DNA of 64,000 nt from a virus. Its lineage: Duplodnaviria > Caudoviricetes. Each line of letters opens with the position of its first letter. The first letter of the stretch is position 1. Below the pieces are notes generated by a model. It saw only the letters and a program-made list of their open reading frames with translations, ran no database searches and had not been told where the DNA came from. Of the stretch, positions 19,214 through 27,707 are shown in pieces. A program made the translations under genes and the position numbers. The stretch covers positions 86,080 through 150,079 of IMG/VR virus record IMGVR_UViG_3300028048_000063. One strand, 5' to 3'.

Positions 19214-21073
19214 TTATTCTCTATTTTCTGCTATATTATCTCCCCTATCACGAGATGCAGCTGTTGATTCATTCTCAATATCTCCATCTTCAATCATAGG
19301 TCTTCCTGCTTGTCCTGTTACTTGCTCTGCCTCCGCTTCGGCTGCTTCTTGAGATAATTCTGCACTCTTTAATTGACTATATGTCATAAAATCTTTATAG
19401 AAATCTAAGTTTTTAATATAATCAGCTATTGCTTTTGTATCTCTCATAGAAATACCTTCTGAAGACATTAGTTTTGGTAATAATCCAACATTACCATTCG
19501 CGACAACTTCTTTTAAGAATTTCTTCTCATTCTCAATATTAAATATATCACCCCAAATTCTAATTTTCCATTCATATTTAAGTCCTAATTTATTTTTTAA
19601 TATAAAATTCATGACTTGTTCAAATTGGTTTGTAACATATTTTTGTTGAGATGCTGCTAATTGTTTAGCAACAGTAATTTGTGCTACGTTTGGTTTTTCT
19701 GTTGCGATTGTTAATCCACCTTCTCCAGCAGATTCTAAGAAATTACTTGTAGCAGTACTAATTATTTCAGATGAATTAACATCTGCATTTAATTGTTGTA
19801 ACTTCATATTTTTTGCTGGCCATAACCATGCTTCTACATTTGTAGATGTTGCTTGGTTAAATTGTGTCATATAACCTTGTAAAACTTCAGGACTGTAAAC
19901 GGATTCGTTCTTACCTGCCCTTGGGTTTGGAATTGTCTCGATTTCACCAGTTAAAACTGCTGTTAATGGTGTACTTGCAATTAATCCAGCTAATTGACCA
20001 TAATCTGTTAATTCTTGTAACTTTAACATTAATCCCATTGTATCTGGTGCAACCCAAGGATGTGAATTATCACTCCCAAAAGTATAACAAATATCATATG
20101 GTAATCTAAGCCAGAACATATAATTCATTTGACGACCCTTTTTAATACCTTCAATAATTGATAAATATTCTTGTCCGTCATATTTAAATTTAAAGTTTCT
20201 AGCTTTTTCTAAATTAAGTGATCTCTTTTTTGTATCTGGATTTTCTTCAACAACGCCAGTCTCAAGCATTGAATTCCAAGCCTCGATCATAAACTCGCCA
20301 AAATCAGCTGGAGAATTCGCAATATCTAAGAAATACATCATATCAAATGATATTGTAAATCCTAATTGTCCTTTTCCTGTGATTTTTATCCAATCTGTTG
20401 GCATTTTTTGTAATGTACAAAATGCTGTGGTTTTATTTTTACCTTGTCCATTAAATTTATTACGTAATAAATAACTAGACTTACCTTCTCTCTTAACTTC
20501 TAAAGCTATCGTTTTAAAAGTAACTGGTATGTTAAATGTCTCCAACCAATTTTGTACTAATCTATCTTCTGACTTAAAATCATCCTTATTATAATCACTT
20601 GTTGAATCTAACATTTCTGGAATAACAAAATAATTATAAATAGGGATATCACAAGATCTTCTTAAAATATTATAATAAATTTGTTGAGCACTACCATTAG
20701 CCCAGGCTAAACTTCTCAATTCTCTTTCATGATTCGCCGGGTTCTCTAAGAATGCTCCAATATCTGCTTTATTATATGTTTTTGCGTGTGAATATAGATT
20801 TTTAATCCTTTGGTTTTGCAAAAATGGATTTAATTTATTCCATTTTGTTGCAACCGTAGAAACCATTGTGCCGCTGACCATTGTATCTAGACTAGCAATT
20901 TTATTAAAAGTTTTTTGCCATCTTTCAGTTAAATCTTCAACGGTAATACGTTCTTGTTCCATATCTAATCTTTCTTGAGATTTTTCGTCAACAACAGACT
21001 CTGCCACCACTGGATTTTTAGGGCGTCCGAGTTTCTTTTTTGTTTGTTCGTTCTTTTCTTCATTCTCAACCAT
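19214..21073 (-). CDS. Portal protein
   Basis: 619 aa between terminase and protease; C-terminal AGRP tail typical of portals. Confidence 0.8.
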   Translation of the reverse strand: MVENEEKNEQTKKKLGRPKNPVVAESVVDEKSQERLDMEQERITVEDLTERWQKTFNKIASLDTMVSGTMVSTVATKWNKLNPFLQNQRIKNLYSHAKTYNKADIGAFLENPANHERELRSLAWANGSAQQIYYNILRRSCDIPIYNYFVIPEMLDSTSDYNKDDFKSEDRLVQNWLETFNIPVTFKTIALEVKREGKSSYLLRNKFNGQGKNKTTAFCTLQKMPTDWIKITGKGQLGFTISFDMMYFLDIANSPADFGEFMIEAWNSMLETGVVEENPDTKKRSLNLEKARNFKFKYDGQEYLSIIEGIKKGRQMNYMFWLRLPYDICYTFGSDNSHPWVAPDTMGLMLKLQELTDYGQLAGLIASTPLTAVLTGEIETIPNPRAGKNESVYSPEVLQGYMTQFNQATSTNVEAWLWPAKNMKLQQLNADVNSSEIISTATSNFLESAGEGGLTIATEKPNVAQITVAKQLAASQQKYVTNQFEQVMNFILKNKLGLKYEWKIRIWGDIFNIENEKKFLKEVVANGNVGLLPKLMSSEGISMRDTKAIADYIKNLDFYKDFMTYSQLKSAELSQEAAEAEAEQVTGQAGRPMIEDGDIENESTAASRDRGDNIAENRE

Positions 21074-21485
21074 TTAACTCTTCTTCCTCCTTATCCTGTG
21101 ATTTTTGTTGTGCTTCCAATGTTAACCTATCAATCTCTTCATTTAATAGATCTAGTCCTATAGAAATGTCATGAAAAACTTTTTGGCTTTCATCTTCACA
21201 CATTTTATAATTAATTCTCACAATCCTATCCATCAACCAGCCATTAATAAAATCACTTTCTCTTGGTTGATTTGTTTGTGAGTATGTTTCAATATAAAAT
21301 TTATTGAAACCTGCTTTTTTTAAAAGATTCCCGACTTGTTTTTCAGTAGTATCACCCTCGATATCACCAAAAAACAAGGCGTTGTTGTCCCACAAGAAAT
21401 CTCCTTTCTTCATTAGTGATTGCACTAATTTATCGAAATCTCCTGTCGAACTGTTATAATCTGTAATTATTTTACAACAAATCAT
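21066..21485 (-). CDS. Hypothetical protein
   Basis: Start moved to ATG 21485 (MICCK) behind AAGGAG. Confidence 0.65.
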   Translation of the reverse strand: MICCKIITDYNSSTGDFDKLVQSLMKKGDFLWDNNALFFGDIEGDTTEKQVGNLLKKAGFNKFYIETYSQTNQPRESDFINGWLMDRIVRINYKMCEDESQKVFHDISIGLDLLNEEIDRLTLEAQQKSQDKEEEELNG

Positions 21486-21498
21486 TTTTACTCTCCTT

Positions 21499-23406
21499 TT
21501 ACCTCTGGAATGGAGATTTTCCTTGAAATGGACTAACTCGTTTATTACTTCCATGAATACCAAGGGCATTTAACCATGGATCATTTTCATTAGAAGTTGG
21601 TTTTTTAGTAAACATATTACTATAATCTAATCCTACTCCATCTCCATATTCTTCTTCCTCTCGTAAATTACGGATTTCCCAACATGCTAATACAAATACA
21701 TAGTTACGGTCATCATGCATTTTCCCTCTTTTCTCTGGTGGCAATTGATAAGTTACATTACCAACAGAGGTTTTAATTCTGACCATAGCTACGATTTCTT
21801 CCTTCATAAGATCCATTTGTATCAAAGACGCCATTTCTGGTTTAGATAATTTCTTTTCAGTACCATCTTCTAACACTAATGTATCATATTTTGGACATGG
21901 TGGCGGAAATTTAATTATTCCTTGAGGTACTAATACTTTAGCTGCCTCAAATAATGCGTTTCTGTATTTACGAGGTTCAATTAATTTTAAACACCCCTTA
22001 ACACATTTTGGATAACCCTCTGCCCAAAGAACAGAAAACTCATTTTCATCGTCATATACGCCAGGATGTTTTTTACCTGCCTCGTCTTCCCAATCTTTTG
22101 CGAGTTCTTGGGCGATAGCACTTGCTTGTCCACCAGCACCGAAATCTAATAGCAATGTTACATTTTCATAAGGTGCAATGTTTTCTCTTCCGTTATACTC
22201 ATACACAAGCTCTCTGATCCTTTTAACTTGTTCGTCAATACGCATTGGACGTTTAGATCCATCTCCATATGTAACTACAAGGTTTTCCATATGTACGAGC
22301 CTTCCACAAATTTGTTTATCTTCATTCTTAAAAACTTCTGTAATTAGAACAGGCGCATTATCGTTCTTAGATGCAGGGTCGTAAGAAATGATATACTTAT
22401 GCTTCTTTCCACCCCAACTAAGTTTAGGTACAAATATTTCTGTATTAGAGAATATATCCGTTCTCGATACGACACTATCCTCTAAATCAAAATGGTCAAA
22501 TATATTATAATATTCTCTATTAGCTGCAATTTCATTTTCACGCATTTTTCTATCCACTTCGTCTTGTGATAGTAAAGGCGTAACAGGTTGTCCATCTACT
22601 GTTGGATGGATAGGTATATTGCAACTAATATCGGCAACGAAATATTTATCATTACCAATTAACATTTGTTTTGTGCCTTCTTTGTATTTTGCATAGAAAT
22701 TTGAGTTTGTATCTGACGCTGATCCTATATATAAACGTATATTTGGTATATCTTGTGGATATACGTCTGAATCAAAAGATCCACCAAGTTTGAATGATGA
22801 GTCTTGCGACATATATGGTTCTGTTACGTCAAAAGTTTCTTGCGCAATAAAACCAGCTTCGTCATAAACGTTTACATTAGAACGTCTACCACGAGCAGAT
22901 CTTGAAGATCCGGCAATAGCATTTATTTTAGATCCATTACATAATTCACATTTATTGCCTGTTTTATAGTCATGAGTAAAACCATCTGAATCACTCTTAG
23001 TTTTTTTAAGTTCGTCAATAAATACTGTATTGTTGTTTACGATTGTTTTAATATTGTTACTAGCTATATCTTCCATTTTCCTGAATGTATCATTAGCTGT
23101 TGTCCAGTTCTCTGAAATTATCTGTGTTTGTAATTTAGGAAACAATAAACTTCTAGCCATCATAAAACACCCTATAAGAAAAGACTTACCCGCGTTTCTC
23201 GAGCAAGCCCATATAACGTATTCTTTTGTCCAGGATTCTGAAAGTAGCCATTTTTGATAATCCATTAAAGTAATACCTAATATTTTTTCAATAAATGCAA
23301 CAGGATTTTGTCTTCCCCATTGTATTAATTTGATGTATCTCTTCATGGATTCATAATCACGGAGAGTTACATTATTAGATATTTTATTTTGATAAACACT
23401 AATCAT
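21499..23406 (-). CDS. terL: Terminase large subunit
   Basis: Walker A SRNAGKS, Walker B VYDEAG, GSAS, nuclease YDPA and HDDR. Confidence 0.93.
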   Translation of the reverse strand: MISVYQNKISNNVTLRDYESMKRYIKLIQWGRQNPVAFIEKILGITLMDYQKWLLSESWTKEYVIWACSRNAGKSFLIGCFMMARSLLFPKLQTQIISENWTTANDTFRKMEDIASNNIKTIVNNNTVFIDELKKTKSDSDGFTHDYKTGNKCELCNGSKINAIAGSSRSARGRRSNVNVYDEAGFIAQETFDVTEPYMSQDSSFKLGGSFDSDVYPQDIPNIRLYIGSASDTNSNFYAKYKEGTKQMLIGNDKYFVADISCNIPIHPTVDGQPVTPLLSQDEVDRKMRENEIAANREYYNIFDHFDLEDSVVSRTDIFSNTEIFVPKLSWGGKKHKYIISYDPASKNDNAPVLITEVFKNEDKQICGRLVHMENLVVTYGDGSKRPMRIDEQVKRIRELVYEYNGRENIAPYENVTLLLDFGAGGQASAIAQELAKDWEDEAGKKHPGVYDDENEFSVLWAEGYPKCVKGCLKLIEPRKYRNALFEAAKVLVPQGIIKFPPPCPKYDTLVLEDGTEKKLSKPEMASLIQMDLMKEEIVAMVRIKTSVGNVTYQLPPEKRGKMHDDRNYVFVLACWEIRNLREEEEYGDGVGLDYSNMFTKKPTSNENDPWLNALGIHGSNKRVSPFQGKSPFQR

Positions 23407-23426
23407 GTGCCCTCCTTTCTATCCTT

Positions 23427-24494
23427 TTAATCTACTCCATCATATAAATGATATTCTCTATCGATGAATTCTTGTATTTCAGACTCTTTAATCCCTTTGG
23501 CTCTATAGTCTGCTTCTAATTCGTCTAAGAGTTTTTGTTTTTTGAGTTTCTCTTTAGCCAATCTTGCTGCTTCCATTGCGTCTTTAGCTTTTCTTTGAGC
23601 TTCTTTAACTGTAGCAACTTGTCCAATTAAGATATCTGCATAATCTGTTTTGGATAAATTGATTTGGTTTAATTGAGCTTTAAAGCTAATATTAGCAATT
23701 TCTTCAATAGCTTTAGATGTAGATATATCATAAAAATTAGTTATACCTTCATCAATACCCTTCTCCTCAATTTGATTTATTACGTCAGACAACATACCTT
23801 TTCCAGAAACACCTATACCTTTTACGGTAAAGTTATTTTTTTCTGCTGTTGTATTAATTGAGTCTTGAAGTGTTTTTTGAACTTTGATTAATTGGTCAAG
23901 TTGTTTTTGTGTTTCATCATCAACTTGTCCTGTTTTCATAATCTCGTTAATCTTTTTTTGATACTTCTCTAAATTATTATAACTCCTAACGACAGAAAGA
24001 GCTGCTTTTGCTTTAGCAACGTCTTTACGCATACCTTCGTTAAGCATACCAGTCATATCTCTATATAACTGTGGCTTATCTTCAATATCATCATCCTTAA
24101 ATGGATCGTATGCTAAAATATCAATTACAGCTAATCTGTTTTTACGAGTTTCTTCATCAAGTGCACCAATTTTGGCGTCTTCTTGATAAATCTTTTCAAA
24201 ATTTTCTCTCCTAAGTTGAGAGAAAAAGTCTTTATTGTCATATTTTGGGTTTGCTTTGATAATATCTATATATGACTGTGGTAATAATTCTGCAAACCCA
24301 GGAGTCTTGAGAATCATGGATCTGAGAAGGACACTGTCATAAAAGATATCATGATTGAAACAATATTTAAACATAGCCGCAATATGATCACCTTTACTCT
24401 CTGTTACTAATTCGACATATTCATTATTTTGTGTTTGTGTATTCTGATCTTGGTCGTTTTCTGTAACAGTAGTCAATTCTTCCTTCTCTTCCAT
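23427..24494 (-). CDS. Conserved helical protein upstream of terL (possible small terminase)
   Basis: 355 aa, YDPF motif, synteny only. Confidence 0.5.
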   Translation of the reverse strand: MEEKEELTTVTENDQDQNTQTQNNEYVELVTESKGDHIAAMFKYCFNHDIFYDSVLLRSMILKTPGFAELLPQSYIDIIKANPKYDNKDFFSQLRRENFEKIYQEDAKIGALDEETRKNRLAVIDILAYDPFKDDDIEDKPQLYRDMTGMLNEGMRKDVAKAKAALSVVRSYNNLEKYQKKINEIMKTGQVDDETQKQLDQLIKVQKTLQDSINTTAEKNNFTVKGIGVSGKGMLSDVINQIEEKGIDEGITNFYDISTSKAIEEIANISFKAQLNQINLSKTDYADILIGQVATVKEAQRKAKDAMEAARLAKEKLKKQKLLDELEADYRAKGIKESEIQEFIDREYHLYDGVD

Positions 24495-24518
24495 AATTTC
24501 CCCTTTTATATAGTACTT

Positions 24519-25802
24519 TTATACATCGAATTTGATATCGATATCTACAATGTTACCATCTTCCTCAAAAATTACCATTTTTTGTGAAGGATCACTGAAT
24601 AATCTCTTTGAAACTGCATATTCTTCTGTGCCAACTAATGAAGCATTTACAAAAACACGACATCCTTGATAATCTCTAGCACTACTACTATGATAATGTG
24701 CTAAGAAAACAAAAGATACAAATGTTTGTGTAGCTGCACACATATTTTGGAATGAAGATTGTTTACTACCTAAATGTCCATGTTCATAACAGCATACACG
24801 TCCATCTTTAAGCGTAAATACACCGAGACTTTCATCTAATCCATTATCTGCAAAGATAATGTTGGAATTTTTAAGTCTTTCTTTTAAATACCACCAAGTA
24901 ATTTTGCAGAACGATTCTCTTTCAATTGCATCGTTCTTATTTGCGATCATTCTATCATGATTTCCTGTGACTTGATGATAATATACTATTGGAGCTGCTG
25001 ATTGTAATATATTAAGTATCTCTGCTAAAGCTTCTGATGACTCAATAACTTGAGATGCAACATCCATTTGTTGTTCAATACGGATTGTATTGTGAATATA
25101 TCCAGCAATAAAATCAGAAAGTCCTAAAACGTGTAAAATTTCAACATTAAATTTCTTACAATATTTAATAGCGTCATCTACAACTTCACTTAATCTAGCT
25201 CTTAAGATCTCGCTATTTACTGTTTGTTTGAAGTTTGTTGTGTATGTTCCCCAGTGCCAATCACTTAAACATAAACAAGCTTCAGAGCTTCTTTCTTCAC
25301 CATTTTGTGGTTTAAAAGAAACTTTTGGAAGTTTTTCTACTCCTTTAATTGCTGAAACTAATTCGTCTCTGAAACTTTCAACTCTTGCTTCGTCTCTAAG
25401 ACTACGGCGATATCCATTCATGACATCACGTGTCTTAATTTGTTGCTTATATAAGCTTTGTTTTAATTCCTCTGTCTTTTCTTCAAAATCAGCGAAACTA
25501 ATATCGTCAATGTTTTTGCCACTTAACATATGCTCATTGTGGATCATTTCATCCTTTGCATATCTTCTACCTTTGATCCATTGTCTAAAAGTATCGCCTT
25601 TTACCATAGGATCTCCGAACTTATCAAGTGGTTGTAAAATCTCTACGAGTTTATCCCAACCACCAAATTCTCTTTTTTGAGAATTATTCATTTCTATGAA
25701 TGCGCATCCAATATCATACATCTCGTCTTCGGTAAAACGTCCATCTTCTCTGGAGTCGATATCAATTGCATCAATCATTGTCCATAAATCTTGTACAGTC
25801 AT
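24519..25802 (-). CDS. Metallophosphoesterase with N-terminal coiled coil
   Basis: LSDWHWG, GNHDR, EHGH, AHYH motifs. Confidence 0.85.
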   Translation of the reverse strand: MTVQDLWTMIDAIDIDSREDGRFTEDEMYDIGCAFIEMNNSQKREFGGWDKLVEILQPLDKFGDPMVKGDTFRQWIKGRRYAKDEMIHNEHMLSGKNIDDISFADFEEKTEELKQSLYKQQIKTRDVMNGYRRSLRDEARVESFRDELVSAIKGVEKLPKVSFKPQNGEERSSEACLCLSDWHWGTYTTNFKQTVNSEILRARLSEVVDDAIKYCKKFNVEILHVLGLSDFIAGYIHNTIRIEQQMDVASQVIESSEALAEILNILQSAAPIVYYHQVTGNHDRMIANKNDAIERESFCKITWWYLKERLKNSNIIFADNGLDESLGVFTLKDGRVCCYEHGHLGSKQSSFQNMCAATQTFVSFVFLAHYHSSSARDYQGCRVFVNASLVGTEEYAVSKRLFSDPSQKMVIFEEDGNIVDIDIKFDV

Positions 25803-25845
25803 ATTTTTCTTTTTACTCCTTTTACTTCTATTTTTTGCACTATAA

Positions 25846-25902
25846 AAGTGCGATTTTATTCAGTTTATTTGCTCCCTTTCCATATATAATAAGTGCGATT
25901 TT
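25846..25902 (-). promoter_or_regulatory. Direct repeat AAAATCGCACTT x2 upstream of the late operon
   Basis: Plus strand AAGTGCGATTTT at 25846-25857 and 25891-25902. Confidence 0.45.
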
Positions 25903-25912
25903 CCTGGCGTGT

Positions 25913-26734
25913 CTATTCTATAGCTTTTTGTGTCTCTAAATACTCTAAAATTCTATTTTTTCTATAGTTTTTGTAGCATTTTTCACATATTTTACGCTTT
26001 GTCTTAGTGGAAACTACGAATTCTCTACCACATTTTTCACAATATCTTACATTATTTTTAATTAAAGGCAATATATTTTGTATATCATTTATGTCATCAC
26101 ATGTATACATAACCTTACCCTTATAATGTATAAAATCTGGTTTATATACAGGATAAGCTTCGCTTATTCCTCTTTGAATGTCATCTATAATTTTTACTGT
26201 ATTATTTTGTAATTTATATTGTGCAATTGTATCTTGGCAATCTCCACCATAATTTTTACTCTTAAAACTTGTCTGTCTTATTGCCCATGCGTTTAATGTT
26301 TTTGTTTTTTGAACTCTTCTGTGAATTTGCACGTCAAATTTGTAGTATGTAAGTAAACAGAGCCAATATTGTTTTACCCACACAGGTGCATTTAATGAGT
26401 TTAAGAATTCTATTTCTGGTCTGTATATTTTAATAGGTTTTAATTCTTTAGCACAATTAATATTTTTATATTTTGGTTCTTCAGTTTTTTTGTATAATGA
26501 GTTAAATTCGATCATTAATTGTTCTTCATCATCACTAAAAATTTTAGCGACGCCATTTTGAATTTCTTTCCATAACGCAAAACATTCGCTCTCAGTTTTA
26601 CCAAGAACGTTTTTCAAATAACATAAGTAAACAATTTCCTGCATAAAGCGTTTTTTGTTGTCTGCAGGATCTTCGGTACTTAAGACTTTGGTTTCATGTA
26701 TTTTTTTACATTGTTTTGCCCAGTCTAATATCAA
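25913..26734 (-). CDS. Hypothetical protein with C-terminal Zn ribbon (TTG start)
   Basis: YCEKCG...ICEKC; AAGGAG SD. Confidence 0.75.
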   Translation of the reverse strand: MILDWAKQCKKIHETKVLSTEDPADNKKRFMQEIVYLCYLKNVLGKTESECFALWKEIQNGVAKIFSDDEEQLMIEFNSLYKKTEEPKYKNINCAKELKPIKIYRPEIEFLNSLNAPVWVKQYWLCLLTYYKFDVQIHRRVQKTKTLNAWAIRQTSFKSKNYGGDCQDTIAQYKLQNNTVKIIDDIQRGISEAYPVYKPDFIHYKGKVMYTCDDINDIQNILPLIKNNVRYCEKCGREFVVSTKTKRKICEKCYKNYRKNRILEYLETQKAIE

Positions 26735-26800
26735 TTTATATTCTCCTTTTTAGCTATCCAAAATCTAAGTCTAGCTCTCTTGTGGATAACTACATTCTAC

Positions 26801-26829
26801 ATTATACTGGATATTATTAAAAATATCAA
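26801..26829 (-). promoter_or_regulatory. sigmaA-type promoter (TATCCAG class)
   Basis: TTGATA-17-TATAAT with TATCCAG directly before the -10. Confidence 0.7.
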
Positions 26830-27131
26830 CTAAAAATGTAAATTTGGGTTATTTTATGTGGTTTTGAAAAAACCTGTTCTTTCTTTTATTTTATTTTTCT
26901 TTCTTTTCGAAAAAGAAACAAAACAGAGTACTACGTAGTACTACAGAGTTACAAATAAAACTACTAAAAAAATATAGTATCAAATTTGTTGAACTACGAA
27001 GTAGTGAAAACAATTTCGGGGGAACTATCTAGAATAATAGAAGAAATAATAGGAGTTAAGAGGGAAAAAAGAGGAAAGAAGGAGTATTTGAATAAATATT
27101 TTAAAAAAATGAAAAAAAATACAAATTTAAA

Positions 27132-27160
27132 TTGATTTTCTGCATAGTATCCAGTATAAT
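27132..27160 (+). promoter_or_regulatory. sigmaA-type promoter (TATCCAG class)
   Basis: TTGATT-17-TATAAT with TATCCAG directly before the -10. Confidence 0.7.
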
Positions 27161-27246
27161 ATTAGTAGTTGAAGTTGAGTAGACTTTGACTAAAAAAATA
27201 CTTAATAAAAGGAGGCATCCTACCACAGGAATATGACAAGATAATT

Positions 27247-27657
27247 ATGAAAAGACCAGGCAGCAACCCAATTAACTTGAAAGATTTTGTAAACACTAAT
27301 ATTAAGACTAATCCAAATACAAATATAACAGTCAAATTAGTAAATACAGAAACAAACGAAAAAATTTTTATAGGAAGTAGCAACAAAAATACGACAACGT
27401 ATTATACAGTAATTTATGATCCTCAACATACTTCAGCTTCAGCTGGTAATGCTTATTATTGCAATAGGATTAAAGACGTAGCAGAAGTAATAAACTTTTT
27501 ATTTGAAAATGAAGACATATACGCTACTAAAATACAATCACTAAACTCAAATAATGTTCTTGATCAACCAGATACTATTTCTTTAGATGATAAAAGATAT
27601 GAATATCTTTACAGAGAATTAGTTATAGATCCAGACGATGATATATACAACGATTAA
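27247..27657 (+). CDS. Hypothetical protein
   Basis: 136 aa ORF upstream of the RNAP gene. Confidence 0.6.
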   Translation: MKRPGSNPINLKDFVNTNIKTNPNTNITVKLVNTETNEKIFIGSSNKNTTTYYTVIYDPQHTSASAGNAYYCNRIKDVAEVINFLFENEDIYATKIQSLNSNNVLDQPDTISLDDKRYEYLYRELVIDPDDDIYND

Positions 27658-27707
27658 TACATATACACAAAGATAAATATATAAAAAAGGATACAAAATT
27701 ATAAATA

